DNA of 64,000 bases from a bacterium (GCA_014360495.1 JACIXR010000012.1:4877-68876); one strand, 5' to 3'. Positions 13,099 to 23,664 are shown, numbered from the stretch's first letter. Notes: a model not told the origin generated them from the sequence alone. Made by a program: numbers and translations.

Positions 13099-13148
13099 CA
13101 AGGACAATCCTTTCCCTATGCAATTTTCAAAATGCAATTCCTTCCCTC

Positions 13149-13303
<155 letters not shown>

Positions 13304-13312
13304 CGTTTTTAT

Positions 13313-13341
13313 ATATTAGCCTACTTGCCTGCGCTTGTCAA
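13313..13341 (-). promoter_or_regulatory. Promoter of the tRNA-Ile/tRNA-Ala/23S unit
   Basis: On the minus strand: TTGACA (13341-13336), 17 nt, TAATAT (13318-13313). The -10 ends about 9 nt before the tRNA-Ile 5' end. Confidence 0.7.
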
Positions 13342-13430
13342 GAAACTATTTGGCACTATTATATTATAACGGTAATTCCCTCTTCGTCAACATTAAAATT
13401 ATAACGAAAATCTCCTTAAAGTCAATACGC

Positions 13431-13459
13431 TTGCATTGTTTCTCAATACCAATTATAAT
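13431..13459 (+). promoter_or_regulatory. Sigma70-like promoter for the small membrane protein / M48 peptidase / LacI genes
   Basis: TTGCAT, 17 nt, TATAAT, read directly. Confidence 0.5.
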
Positions 13460-13479
13460 TTTAACAAACAATGTCTTGA

Positions 13480-13794
13480 ATGTCCATGTTGAGGTTGATT
13501 TCAGGTCTCCTGTTAATCTGTGCGCTCGCTCTTTCAATCCTCGCCTACGAGCGCACTTTGAGATTGGAGAGAAAAATCTCTCTCTCCCAGCCGGGCATCA
13601 CTAACCTCCTTCTGAAAAAGGACCTCCAAGATGCCCTGAAATGGATTGACAAGGGAAATAAGGAAGAGGCAAAAAAATGTGTGGAAAGAGCTCTTGATAG
13701 ATTGAAGGAGGAAAACAATAAAAACTTTTGGCAGGAAATACAAACGAAAATCAACGATATTTGGAAATATATTTATAAAGGTGATAAAAAATGA
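13480..13794 (+). CDS. Hypothetical small membrane-anchored protein
   Basis: ORF with an N-terminal hydrophobic helix (LISGLLLICALALSILAY) and a K/E-rich tail. ATGA overlap with the next gene. No family recognised. Confidence 0.45.
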   Translation: MSMLRLISGLLLICALALSILAYERTLRLERKISLSQPGITNLLLKKDLQDALKWIDKGNKEEAKKCVERALDRLKEENNKNFWQEIQTKINDIWKYIYKGDKK

Positions 13795-14540
13795 TAACAA
13801 TTGCCGGAATAAGCACAAAAGATATTGTTTCCGGACTTTTGGTCCTCTTCCTCCTCTTCGGTAAGGTAGGAGGAAAAAGTCTTCTCTCCATTAGCACGGA
13901 ACAGGAAGTTGAGCTGGGTAAGGAGGTATCGGTTGAAGTGGAAAAACGCTACGGGGTAAATCAAGACCCAAAATTCAACGACCCAGTTCAAGAAATCGGA
14001 AAAAAGATTGCGGAAGTCGCTCCACGCAAGGATGTAAAGTATGAGTTCAAAGTCCTCAATACAGACGAGGTAAACGCTATGGCCGCCCCAGGCGGTTTCA
14101 TTTTCGTGAATAAAGGGTTGATAGAATATATAAACTTCGATAAAGACGCCCTCGCCTTCGCCATCGGGCACGAGGTAGGTCATGTCGTTGCAAAACACGC
14201 AGCGAAAATGATTGAAAGGGAGCTCAAAACCGATATAGCTATAGCGGTTATCAGCAAGAACGAAAGATGGTCAAAGATGCTCTCTTTAGCGAGGGATATG
14301 GTTTTCCTTGGCTATGGAAGGGATAACGAATACGAAGCTGACTATTGGGGTGTTCAACTCGCTTATAAAGCGGGATATGACCCCAAGGGAGCAGTTCGCT
14401 TCTTCCAAAAGCTCTTGAAGGATGAAAAGGGAAAACCCTCCAAACTTGCCGTTTTCTTCAGCACCCATCCACCTACAAGGGATAGACTCGAAAGAGTAGA
14501 GGCACAAATAAGGAGGTTAGAGCAAAATGCCCACAATTAA
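13791..14540 (+). CDS. M48 family zinc metallopeptidase
   Basis: HEVGHVVAKH (HExxH) and a downstream EYEADYWG motif. Signal/anchor at the N-terminus. Confidence 0.85.
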   Translation: MITIAGISTKDIVSGLLVLFLLFGKVGGKSLLSISTEQEVELGKEVSVEVEKRYGVNQDPKFNDPVQEIGKKIAEVAPRKDVKYEFKVLNTDEVNAMAAPGGFIFVNKGLIEYINFDKDALAFAIGHEVGHVVAKHAAKMIERELKTDIAIAVISKNERWSKMLSLARDMVFLGYGRDNEYEADYWGVQLAYKAGYDPKGAVRFFQKLLKDEKGKPSKLAVFFSTHPPTRDRLERVEAQIRRLEQNAHN

Positions 14541-15540
14541 GGATGTTGCCAAGAAAGCGGGTGTATCGGTTACCGCCGTCTCCTTCGTGATAAATAATGT
14601 GCCCGTCCCTTTGAGCGAGAAGACTAAACAGAGGATTTGGGCAGCGATAAAGGAACTTGGATACTCCCCAAACAGAGCCGCCCAAAGCCTCGCCCGCAGG
14701 AGAGCGGAAACAATAGCCATCCTCTTCCTCCAACCGGTTTTAAATCTCTTCGCCGATATCCCCTATTCCCAAATACTCCTTGGCGTGGGCACAAAGATAG
14801 CGGAGAGCGGAATGAGACTTCTCTTAATTCCTCCCCTTGAGGTAAGCAGGGATTTGCCTCTGAGGAGAAAGCTACACAAGGGAGAGGCTGATGGCGCAAT
14901 AGTGGCGGGACCGATTAAACAAGATGATAAGAGGATAAGGGAACTTGATGAAGGAGATTTGCCAGCGGTTGTTATCGGAAATTACAAGGATGCGAAAAAG
15001 ATAAGCTGTGTAGATATAGATAACTACGCTGTGGGTTATAAGGCAGTTGATTATCTAGCGAAAATTGGTCATAAATCCATAGCCTTCCTCGGCGGTCCTC
15101 TCTATTACAGCTACGGTGAGGAACGCTTCGCGGGATATAGGAAAGCCTTGGAGGAAAACAATTTGCCTTACGATGAAGAAAATGTCTTTATCGGAGAGGT
15201 AACAACAGAGGAAGGGTATAGAGCTACGCTTGAGCTCTTACAGAGAAAGGAAAAGCCAACAGCGATATTCGCCTCAACAGGTCTTATGGGAGTTGGCGCA
15301 CTACGAGCGATAAGGGATACCGGCTTGAACTTGCCCGACGATATATCCCTTATAACTCTTCAAGAGTATCCTTCCAGCTTGATGGAAATCCAGCCCACCG
15401 CCATAGTTCCACCCTTCTACAGGCTCGGTCTTTACGCCGCGATGGTTCTCTTCAAGGTGATAAATGGGGAGAGAAAAACACCAATCAAGAAGAGAATCCC
15501 CGTTCGCCTAAGGATAGGCTCCACCACAAAACCCCTCTAA
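14527..15540 (+). CDS. LacI family transcriptional regulator
   Basis: N-terminal HTH MPTIKDVAKKAGVSVTAVSFVINN plus a periplasmic-binding-protein-like sugar-binding core. Confidence 0.9.
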   Translation: MPTIKDVAKKAGVSVTAVSFVINNVPVPLSEKTKQRIWAAIKELGYSPNRAAQSLARRRAETIAILFLQPVLNLFADIPYSQILLGVGTKIAESGMRLLLIPPLEVSRDLPLRRKLHKGEADGAIVAGPIKQDDKRIRELDEGDLPAVVIGNYKDAKKISCVDIDNYAVGYKAVDYLAKIGHKSIAFLGGPLYYSYGEERFAGYRKALEENNLPYDEENVFIGEVTTEEGYRATLELLQRKEKPTAIFASTGLMGVGALRAIRDTGLNLPDDISLITLQEYPSSLMEIQPTAIVPPFYRLGLYAAMVLFKVINGERKTPIKKRIPVRLRIGSTTKPL

Positions 15541-16796
15541 CCTCCAAGGAGCACTTTCCCCACATCCGCAAGAGAATCACTAATCGCTTCTACAACCCGA
15601 GATAGCAAATCCTCGCTGATGATTAAGGGCGGTTCAATGCGCATAACTTTTGGATTATTAAGCGCATAAGCCACAAGAACGCCTCTTTTTAATAAGAAAG
15701 TTATCGTTAGGAGCCCTATGTCCTCGTCGCTGAACTCCACGCCCAAGAGCAATCCCTTCCCCCTTACATCTTTTATGAGCTGGGGAAACCTGTCTTTTAT
15801 TGTTTGCAACTCTCTAAGAAGATAATTGCCGAGCTCTTCCGCCCTTTGGGGAAGCTTCTCCTCCTCTATAACCTCCAACGCAGCCAGGGCAGCTGAACAA
15901 GCAAGGGGATTTCCACCAAATGTGGAAGAGTGGATTAGGGGGTTATCTTGAAAGATTTTCCAAATTTGGGAACGGGCAATCGTAGCGCCAATCGGCATAA
16001 CCCCACCTCCCAATGCCTTCGCTAAACACATAATATCGGGCACAACGCCCCAGAGCTCGCAGGCGAACATCTTTCCACAACGCCCCAAACCAGTCTGGAC
16101 CTCGTCCAAGATAAGAAGCGCTCCCCTCTCATCGCAAATTTTCCTCACTCTTGGGAGGAAATCGTCAGGTGGAACATTCACCCCACCTTCGCCCTGTATC
16201 GGCTCAAGTATGACAGCAGCTGTCTCCTCGTCAACCGCCTTCTCCAACGCCTCCGCATCACCGAAGGGAACCTGTTCGCAAATGGGAAGTAGGGGCTCAA
16301 ACGGCTTCTTATATATATCCCTTCCCGAAACGGAGAGCGAGCCGAATGTCTTTCCGTGAAATGAGCCGAGAGCGGAGACAAATTTCTTCCTTCCAGTATA
16401 CATCCTAGCGAATTTTAATCCAGCCTCAACTGCCTCTGTCCCGCTATTGGAGAAGAAAACGCATTGCAAATCTCCCGGAGTTATCTCGCTAAGCCTTTCC
16501 CCAAGCCTCGCCTGTAAGGGATTTATAAACACCTTTGAAGAAAGGGGCATAAGGTGTAGCTGCCTTTCCACTGCCTCAAGGACCTTTGGATGACGGTGAC
16601 CGAGTGAAAAAACGCCATAACCTCCTAAACAATCAATGTATTCGTTTCCCTCGCTATCTTTGATTATGCAACCCTCCGCCTCCCATTCTAATTTATCAAA
16701 GCCAGCGAAGCGAAGGAGGTCGGCTAAATAGGGATTTATGTGCCTCTTATATAAGGAGAAGATTTCCTCTAAATCCTCTCTTGCCACATCCATCAC
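15537..16796 (-). CDS. Class-III PLP-dependent aminotransferase (acetylornithine/putrescine/GABA aminotransferase family)
   Basis: [23 protein letters not shown], and a PLP-lysine context LAKALGGG. 4-nt overlap with trxB. Confidence 0.85.
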   Translation of the reverse strand: MMDVAREDLEEIFSLYKRHINPYLADLLRFAGFDKLEWEAEGCIIKDSEGNEYIDCLGGYGVFSLGHRHPKVLEAVERQLHLMPLSSKVFINPLQARLGERLSEITPGDLQCVFFSNSGTEAVEAGLKFARMYTGRKKFVSALGSFHGKTFGSLSVSGRDIYKKPFEPLLPICEQVPFGDAEALEKAVDEETAAVILEPIQGEGGVNVPPDDFLPRVRKICDERGALLILDEVQTGLGRCGKMFACELWGVVPDIMCLAKALGGGVMPIGATIARSQIWKIFQDNPLIHSSTFGGNPLACSAALAALEVIEEEKLPQRAEELGNYLLRELQTIKDRFPQLIKDVRGKGLLLGVEFSDEDIGLLTITFLLKRGVLVAYALNNPKVMRIEPPLIISEDLLSRVVEAISDSLADVGKVLLGG

Positions 16797-17722
16797 CTTC
16801 CTTCCCTCAGGTAATCCCTAACAGCGATAGCGGCAATCGTTCCCTCCCCACAAGCAACGGAAATCTGTCTGACTTTCTTTGAACGCACATCCCCAACCGC
16901 ATAAACTCCCTCCCTTGATGTCCGCATAGCTTCATCAGTTATTATGTACCCATTTTTATCAAGCTCAACAAATCCTCTTAAGAATTGGGTATTGGGCAGG
17001 AAACCCACATAGATGAAAACCCCGTCAACTTTTATTTCCTTTTCCTCCCTGCTTTCTCTATCTATAACCGTTATTGATTGAACGAATTCATCCCCATTTA
17101 TAGCCTTTACAGTATGATTGAGGAGGAATTTCGCTTTTGGCTCATTTTTCAACCTCTCCTGAAGGATTTTCTCAGCTGGGATGTAGGGGAGAAACTCTAC
17201 AAATGTTATGCTGTTCACATATTTTAAAAGCGTCTCTCCCTCCTGTAAGCCAGAGTTCCCGCACCCGATGACCGCCACATCCTTACCCTGATAGAAGGGA
17301 CCATCGCAGATAGCACAATAGGAAACCCCTCTTCCCATAAATTTATCCTCGCCCGGCACATTCAATTTCTTTGGAACACTTCCAGAGGCGATTATCACGG
17401 TGTGGCTTCGGAAAGTGCCGAAATCGGTCGTTAACTTGAATATCTTTCCCTCCTGCTCAATCCTCTTCACCTCGGAGAATTCCTTTATCTCCGCCCCGAA
17501 CTTCTCCGCTTGCTCCTTGAATCTCCTCATCAGCTCTACTCCACCTATGCCCTCGGGAAATCCCGGGTAGTTCTCCACCATCTCCGTGGTAGCCGGCAAT
17601 CCACCGGACATAGCCTTCTCCAAAACGAGCGTTTTCAACCGCTCTCTCGCTGTATATATAGCGGAAGTGAGACCAGCTGGTCCTGCTCCTATTATAGCCA
17701 CATCGTAAATATCATCTTCCAT
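16793..17722 (-). CDS. trxB: Thioredoxin-disulfide reductase
   Basis: GAGPAG FAD motif, redox CAICDG, GCGNSG NADPH motif. Start set at ATG 17722, behind GGAGG. Confidence 0.9.
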   Translation of the reverse strand: MEDDIYDVAIIGAGPAGLTSAIYTARERLKTLVLEKAMSGGLPATTEMVENYPGFPEGIGGVELMRRFKEQAEKFGAEIKEFSEVKRIEQEGKIFKLTTDFGTFRSHTVIIASGSVPKKLNVPGEDKFMGRGVSYCAICDGPFYQGKDVAVIGCGNSGLQEGETLLKYVNSITFVEFLPYIPAEKILQERLKNEPKAKFLLNHTVKAINGDEFVQSITVIDRESREEKEIKVDGVFIYVGFLPNTQFLRGFVELDKNGYIITDEAMRTSREGVYAVGDVRSKKVRQISVACGEGTIAAIAVRDYLREGR

Positions 17723-17792
17723 AATGATAACCTCCTTTTTTAATATAATACACAAGAAGCAAAATTTTTGCTATAATAAAGAGGTGATTTTC

Positions 17793-18626
17793 GTGAGATT
17801 AGGAGGTCCTGTTTTCGGAGATTATAGCGAACCCGAGGAATGGATTAACCTTCTGAGGAAATACGGCTATAGGGCTGGTTATTGCCCTGTTGATAGCTCG
17901 GCAAACGATGAGGTAGTGCGAGCTTATGAGGAAATCGCTCGGAAATCCGACATAGTCATAGCAGAGGTAGGAGCCTGGAGCAATCCCCTGAGCTCCAATG
18001 AGGAGGAACGCCGTTCAGCAATTGAATTCTGCAAACGTCAATTGGATTTAGCCGATAGGATTGGTGCCCTCTGTTGCGTTAACATCGCAGGCTCCAGAGG
18101 GCGGAAATGGGACGGTCCTTGCGAGGATGACTTTAAAGGGGAAACATTTCAAATGATAGTTGATACAATCAGGGAAATAATAGACGATGTGAAGCCGATA
18201 CGCGCTTTCTACACCCTGGAAACTATGCCCTGGATGTACCCCGATTCTCCAGATGAGTATATTCGCCTGCTCAAAGCTATAGATAGAAAGCAATTTGCAG
18301 TCCATTTGGACATCGTTAATATGATAAACAGCCCAAGGCGCTACTTCTTCAACAGCGATTTCATCAAGGAATGTGTTGAGAAGCTCGGACCTTATATAAA
18401 AAGCTGTCATATTAAGGATGTCATCCTTAAAGAGTCGTTCCTTGTTCACCTCGAGGAAGTTCGCCCCGGCTTGGGAAAGCTTGATTACAGAACCCTCCTG
18501 TGGGAATTGAACAAATTACCGCAGGATGTTCCCATTATGCTGGAGCATCTATCAAGTGAAGAGGAATATATCATAGCGGGAGAGTATGTAAGGGAAATCG
18601 CAAGGGAGGTGAATGTGGCTCTCTAA
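17793..18626 (+). CDS. Xylose-isomerase-like TIM-barrel protein (sugar phosphate isomerase/epimerase family)
   Basis: Family-typical pattern (...HIKD...PGLGKLDY...). GTG start at 17793 behind GAGGTG, with a TATAAT at 17773. Confidence 0.7.
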   Translation: MRLGGPVFGDYSEPEEWINLLRKYGYRAGYCPVDSSANDEVVRAYEEIARKSDIVIAEVGAWSNPLSSNEEERRSAIEFCKRQLDLADRIGALCCVNIAGSRGRKWDGPCEDDFKGETFQMIVDTIREIIDDVKPIRAFYTLETMPWMYPDSPDEYIRLLKAIDRKQFAVHLDIVNMINSPRRYFFNSDFIKECVEKLGPYIKSCHIKDVILKESFLVHLEEVRPGLGKLDYRTLLWELNKLPQDVPIMLEHLSSEEEYIIAGEYVREIAREVNVAL

Positions 18627-20181
18627 AGTATTTCTCTTCAAGATGAGCGGAATGCGAGTAGGAATAACGCATAAAAAGATAGATTTGGATGCTGGCAGCT
18701 GCATTCGTTTCTTAGAGATATTGGACGAAGTAGATAGAATAGAGTTCGGAGTCGAGAAAGCAAAGGAATACGAGGGGAAAGCAGACAAAATTATCTTCGT
18801 TGACACCTATCCCTCCGAAGAGCCAAGAGAGGGAGAAGTGGAAATCTTTTCCCAACACCTAATTGAAAAGATTTTAAATGAGGAACAGTTAAAAACGATG
18901 CAGGTTTCTTCCTTTGAGCTTCTTACCGAGGCAAAGGGAATTGCAGGATTTGATGAGGAAAGGATGGAGAGATGGAAAGCATTGGTGAGATATGGGGACT
19001 TCCATAAAGATACGGGAGAGATGGACATAAAGAGGGCTTTAGGCACCATAAATAGCTTCTTGGACCTCCCAGATAGAGAGGTCTACGAGCGCTGGTTCGT
19101 TCCTCTTATGGATAGCTTCCTCTATAAAGATAAAAATTTAGAGAGGGGGCAGAAAATCTTCCGTGAAACAGTATCTGATTTCCTATCTCGCAACCCGGAT
19201 AGCCTAGCTAAGAACAGTCTGAACAATTGGTTGGAGAACATAAAAGAGCCGGAAAAGCTTGACGCTTTGAGGAATATCTTTCATCTCCTTTGTTATATGG
19301 AGGAGGATGTGGGGAGGGAATGGCTATCATTGGTAGTCAAAGCTTTTGAGCGTTCTCAAGAAGACTTCCAAAAAGCGATTAATTCTAAGGAACTATTTGA
19401 AACAATAAAAGTTGATTATGGAGGAAGGTTCGTCATAGTTTCCCAAATAACTAATATCAGGAGCTTCCCCTCCGCCTTGAGATATCTCACGAGAACACGC
19501 CCGGAATTGCTTCCCGAAGAGCTTATTAAATCCGCTTTAGGTGAAAGAAGACCATATATCATTATCTTGGTTAATCCAGAAACTCTAAATTTTTTTATCT
19601 CTTCTGGCATATCTTGGGAATACAGGAATTGGAAGCAAAGACAGGAACAAATCCAAACGGTTCAGAAAATATTCCCGGAACTTGTTAAAGCTATTAGGGC
19701 AGAGATTTTATTTAAAAAAGGGATATCAATTAATCATTGGTTGAGTGAGGTCCTTACTGAACGCAAGAAGGAAATGGGGTATCTCTTCAAATTGAAGAAT
19801 ATCTTGAGAAAGAAATATCCTCGCCTTGCTAACATTTTAGGGCGAGAAGCGGTAACGAGGCTGAAGGAAAATAAGGATAATCTACCCCAACCTTGGTTCC
19901 TTCTTTCTCAGCCCTGCGACATCGCAATGACAAGACCCTTATTCTTCAACAAAAAGGAATATCCCCAGATTTTCTGGGGAAGCGCTTCTCATCCAGAGCC
20001 TCCCGCAGACATCTTTGGTAAAACAGCAGAGGATATAAGAAGAGAACTCGTTGAAATCGCTAAATTGTCAATAGATAACGACTACATTCCTCCCTTTTGC
20101 GACCCCAGAAGATGCTTAGGATGTCCAATGGAGCTTTGGTTCCTAAACAAATGCCTATCAAAAAGGGGAATAATAGATTAA
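18613..20181 (+). CDS. Hypothetical protein (522 aa), no confident family
   Basis: Long ORF overlapping the upstream gene by 14 nt. Weak DHH-motif-I-like THKKIDLDAGSC. C-terminal Cys cluster CDPRRCLGCPMELWFLNKC. Start uncertain (18613, 18643 or 18652). Confidence 0.5.
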   Translation: MWLSKVFLFKMSGMRVGITHKKIDLDAGSCIRFLEILDEVDRIEFGVEKAKEYEGKADKIIFVDTYPSEEPREGEVEIFSQHLIEKILNEEQLKTMQVSSFELLTEAKGIAGFDEERMERWKALVRYGDFHKDTGEMDIKRALGTINSFLDLPDREVYERWFVPLMDSFLYKDKNLERGQKIFRETVSDFLSRNPDSLAKNSLNNWLENIKEPEKLDALRNIFHLLCYMEEDVGREWLSLVVKAFERSQEDFQKAINSKELFETIKVDYGGRFVIVSQITNIRSFPSALRYLTRTRPELLPEELIKSALGERRPYIIILVNPETLNFFISSGISWEYRNWKQRQEQIQTVQKIFPELVKAIRAEILFKKGISINHWLSEVLTERKKEMGYLFKLKNILRKKYPRLANILGREAVTRLKENKDNLPQPWFLLSQPCDIAMTRPLFFNKKEYPQIFWGSASHPEPPADIFGKTAEDIRRELVEIAKLSIDNDYIPPFCDPRRCLGCPMELWFLNKCLSKRGIID

Positions 20182-20233
20182 ATAATTGTTATTTTTCACA
20201 AAATTCTTTACAATTTACTTGGAGGTGAAAAGA

Positions 20234-20800
20234 TTGACAGGAGCGGTGGTAATCATCGTTGTCCTGCTGGTGCTTATCTTCATCGTATGGCCAATAGCCA
20301 TTTACAACAGCCTGGTTAGGAAGCGGGTTAGGGTTGACAACGCCTGGCGCCAAATAGATGTTCAGCTGAAGAGAAGACACGACCTCATCCCCAACCTCGT
20401 TGAATCGGCTAAGGGCTATATGAAATATGAGAGGGGGACCTTGGAGAAGGTAATGGAGGCGAGGAGCAGAGCGGTTAGAGCAGGAGGAATAGAGGAAGCG
20501 GGACAAGCAGAAGGAGAACTCAGCAGGATACTCCGCCAGCTCTTTGCCCTCGTGGAAAACTATCCCGAACTGAAGGCAAACGAGCAGGTGGCGAGGCTGA
20601 TGGAGGAACTGACCCATACCGAGAACAATATCGCCTTCGCCCGCCAATTCTATAACGATATGGTTATGGATTACAACACATCGCTACAGGTCTTCCCCAA
20701 TTCTATAATAGCCAGCCTCTTCAACTTTCAACCCAAACCTTTCTTCCGAATGGAGGTAGAGGAAGAAGCGCAACCGCCAAGCGTAGATTTGAGAATCTGA
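20234..20800 (+). CDS. lemA: LemA family protein
   Basis: Single N-terminal TM helix, then YNSLVRKRVRVDNAWRQIDVQLKRRHDLIPNLVE, typical of LemA. Probable TTG start 20234 behind GGAGGTGA. Confidence 0.85.
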   Translation: MTGAVVIIVVLLVLIFIVWPIAIYNSLVRKRVRVDNAWRQIDVQLKRRHDLIPNLVESAKGYMKYERGTLEKVMEARSRAVRAGGIEEAGQAEGELSRILRQLFALVENYPELKANEQVARLMEELTHTENNIAFARQFYNDMVMDYNTSLQVFPNSIIASLFNFQPKPFFRMEVEEEAQPPSVDLRI

Positions 20801-20810
20801 ATTTCGGGGG

Positions 20811-21755
20811 ATGAGTGTCACCTTTTATAGCATAGCGGAGGCTAATAGCAGGAAAACCTTTTTCCTAATCTTCTTCTTCTTCATCCTGCTCGGGCTCATC
20901 GGATTCCTCGTTGATTATTTCTACCTGCACTTTCCCCGTAAATTTTCCTTTCCTCTCTTCACATCCATAGCCATTTTCATCGCCACGATTCAGAGCATAG
21001 TATCCTATTATCAGGGAGATAACATCATCCTTCGCTCCTTGGGGGCGCGCGGTTTGAACCTGGAAAGCATAAAAGAGATGACCCTCCTGAATGTAGTTGA
21101 GGAGATGTCAATTGCTGCGGGCATTCCTCGCCCAAGGGTTTATGTAATTGATAGCGACGCTCCCAACGCTTGCGCTGTTGGAAGAGACCCACAACACGCT
21201 TCCATATGTGTCACTAGCTCCCTTCTGGATTTATTAAATAGAGAGGAATTACAGGGAGTCATAGGGCATGAGATAGCACATATAAAAAACAGAGACATCC
21301 TCACGATGACGATTACAGCAGCTCTTCTGGGAGCGATAATAATCCTCTGTGAAATCGGCTGGCGTCTTCAATACATGAGGGGATATGAAGGAGAAGAAGG
21401 AGAAGGAGTAGGTAATAGGGCGGGTTGTTTGTTTTTCATACTCTTTCTCTTTTTTCTAATAGTCGCTCCCATAATAGCCAAACTGGTTTTCCTCGCGGTA
21501 TCCCGTAGTAGGGAATATATAGCGGATGCACATAGCGCTATGTTCACGAGAAATCCCCTTGGTTTAGCAAGCGCCTTGGAGAAGATAGCTAAGGCGCCAG
21601 CGGGGAAATTGGGGAGCGCTGCTACGGCTCATCTCTTCATAGCTGACCCTCTGAAGAGGGCGATAGGGGAATCGGAAGGATTCTGGGCTGACCTATGGAG
21701 CACCCATCCACCTATTCAGAAGAGGATAGAACTATTGAAGCAGATGGCAGTATAA
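20811..21755 (+). CDS. htpX: HtpX-like M48 membrane zinc protease
   Basis: HEIAHIKNRD (HExxH), multiple TM segments, C-terminal STHPPIQKR. Confidence 0.85.
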   Translation: MSVTFYSIAEANSRKTFFLIFFFFILLGLIGFLVDYFYLHFPRKFSFPLFTSIAIFIATIQSIVSYYQGDNIILRSLGARGLNLESIKEMTLLNVVEEMSIAAGIPRPRVYVIDSDAPNACAVGRDPQHASICVTSSLLDLLNREELQGVIGHEIAHIKNRDILTMTITAALLGAIIILCEIGWRLQYMRGYEGEEGEGVGNRAGCLFFILFLFFLIVAPIIAKLVFLAVSRSREYIADAHSAMFTRNPLGLASALEKIAKAPAGKLGSAATAHLFIADPLKRAIGESEGFWADLWSTHPPIQKRIELLKQMAV

Positions 21756-21761
21756 AATTTA

Positions 21762-21789
21762 GGGGGCGACACCTTGCGGTATCGCCCCC
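21762..21789. terminator. Bidirectional GC-rich stem-loop between convergent genes
   Basis: GGGGGCGA-(12 nt)-TCGCCCCC, between the htpX stop (21755) and the pseudopilin-like stop (21796). Confidence 0.55.
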
Positions 21790-21795
21790 AGACCA

Positions 21796-22569
21796 TCAAT
21801 AGATGGAGGCAGCGCAAGCCCTTATAGTTCCGCCTCTGCTGTATTCTCTAATCTGGTTCCATTGATACCACTTCGCATGCCCATCGGCGAATATCAACAC
21901 TGCTCCATCGGTATGCCTGCTATACTTCTTCGCTGCCGCTTCCATATCTACTACCGTGGGTGGGCACCCGCAGGTGAACTCCGGCGAGGAACCTCCCCAC
22001 ATATTAGCTAAGATAACATTTGTGAGAAGCCCCCATATGTCCGTAAGCCACTGATGAGGCTGTATGAAATTCTGCAGACAATCCGCGACAACGAGTGTTT
22101 CCGCGGGAGCTTGCATCGCAGATAGGCTGCCAATAGGTTTATCGTGAATAGGACAACCAGGTGAGGAAGCAGAACCGGGCGGATACATAACCGAAACATT
22201 GTATCCATAATTATTTATGAACCCGGGCTCCGGCTGCCTCGGCCAACAATTGGAGTTCCACTCGCTTTGTCCAGCGCTGGGGCACTCGTATATCTTCCAG
22301 TTCTTCACATAGGGACCTATCTGCTCCCACCAGGTAAGGGCGGAAGGAGAGCCGCCATGACAGGGAGTTAGCCAGCTTGGGAGCTTCTCGTCCCAATCCT
22401 GGGCGTACATCTGGATTGCCAAGCCTATCTGCTTCGCATGGCTTAAGCAGGCGGACTTGCGTGCTTGCTCTCTCGCCCGGCTGAAAACCGGGAAGAGAAT
22501 TGCCGCCAAGATAGCGATAATCGCTATCACGACGAGCAATTCTATCAGGGTAAAGCCACGCTTTCTCAT
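21796..22569 (-). CDS. Prepilin-type N-terminal domain / H-X9-DG protein (DUF1559-like pseudopilin), copy 2
   Basis: [42 protein letters not shown] fits H-X9-DG. Confidence 0.9.
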   Translation of the reverse strand: MRKRGFTLIELLVVIAIIAILAAILFPVFSRAREQARKSACLSHAKQIGLAIQMYAQDWDEKLPSWLTPCHGGSPSALTWWEQIGPYVKNWKIYECPSAGQSEWNSNCWPRQPEPGFINNYGYNVSVMYPPGSASSPGCPIHDKPIGSLSAMQAPAETLVVADCLQNFIQPHQWLTDIWGLLTNVILANMWGGSSPEFTCGCPPTVVDMEAAAKKYSRHTDGAVLIFADGHAKWYQWNQIREYSRGGTIRACAASIY

Positions 22570-22575
22570 TCCGTT

Positions 22576-23619
22576 TCACCTCCTTTCTTTTTGGTTTTCT
22601 TTTGGTCTATCGGTTGAAGCACCGATTACAAGCCTAATAGGCAATCGCTTGTTAATTGGTCCCATTATCTTCCCTTTCAAGAGATTAAGTAAAACGGAGG
22701 CGCTAAGCAAACCCAATTTGTAGAAAGACCATTCCACTGTGGTGATTGAGATTTCCCTTGGGAAATTCTCCATAAACCTATCAAAAGCGACGAATGATAT
22801 ATCTTTAGGAACCTCTAAACCAACCGCTTTTATCGCCTCTAAAGCCCCTCTCGCGCATACGCCAGCGCTCACAAATACAGCAGTGGGCGGTTCAGCAGCT
22901 GACAAAAGCCTCATCATAGCCTCATATCCTCCTTCATCTCCAATCTCCGCTACTTTAACCCACTCGCTCCTCGGGTCTATACCATATTCCTTCAATGCTT
23001 TCAAATAACCAAGATATCTTTCCCGAACGAAGCTCTGTTCCTGAGATATCGTAATTAGACCAATCCTTCTATGACCAAGGCTTAAGAGATATTTCGTGGC
23101 AAGATAGCCACCCCTTTCATTGTTTACATCTACAGTGCTCCCCTTAAATTTCGGATGATTTCCCACAAGTATTACAGGAACATCCATTTCGTTCCATTTT
23201 TCCACTTCCTCGTCATCAGCCCTCACTGGACCAATAGCTATAATGCCATCAACCCTTCCCTTCAGGTCATTTATGGAAGGGAAGAAGCCCAAACGCTTAC
23301 CCTTCCCCGATTTAAGGAATATGTTGTAGCCGGACCTGCTCAATTTATCCCAGACCGCTGCTACAATTTGGGAGGCTGATGGGTCGCGCAGAAAAAGATG
23401 GGGCGGATAAGAGAATATGATTCCCACGCTGTAAGTCTTCCCCTTAGCCAATCCCCTGGCCAGCGGATGAGGATGATAGCCAAGTTCCTTGGCTATCTTG
23501 ATTATTTTACGCCGTAACTCCTCACCAACCCTCACATTGGTCCTGCTATTGTTCAGGACCTTAGAGACAACCGCTATTGAAACGCCAGCTTCTTCGGCTA
23601 TATCCTTTAATCTTGCCAT
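22576..23619 (-). CDS. LacI family transcriptional regulator
   Basis: HTH MARLKDIAEEAGVSIAVVSKVLNN plus a sugar-binding core. Ends 6 nt before the pseudopilin-like gene. Confidence 0.9.
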   Translation of the reverse strand: MARLKDIAEEAGVSIAVVSKVLNNSRTNVRVGEELRRKIIKIAKELGYHPHPLARGLAKGKTYSVGIIFSYPPHLFLRDPSASQIVAAVWDKLSRSGYNIFLKSGKGKRLGFFPSINDLKGRVDGIIAIGPVRADDEEVEKWNEMDVPVILVGNHPKFKGSTVDVNNERGGYLATKYLLSLGHRRIGLITISQEQSFVRERYLGYLKALKEYGIDPRSEWVKVAEIGDEGGYEAMMRLLSAAEPPTAVFVSAGVCARGALEAIKAVGLEVPKDISFVAFDRFMENFPREISITTVEWSFYKLGLLSASVLLNLLKGKIMGPINKRLPIRLVIGASTDRPKENQKERR

Positions 23620-23664
23620 TGATTAATCGCTTAATCATTATAGCATATAGGAAGAATAAGTCAA
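23620..23664 (-). promoter_or_regulatory. Promoter plus CG-centred palindromic operator directly upstream of the LacI gene
   Basis: Minus strand: TTGACT (23664-23659), 16 nt, TATAAT (23642-23637). An 18-bp palindrome TGATTAAT-CG-CTTAATCA (23620-23637) fills the gap between the -10 and the ATG. No SD. Confidence 0.55.
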
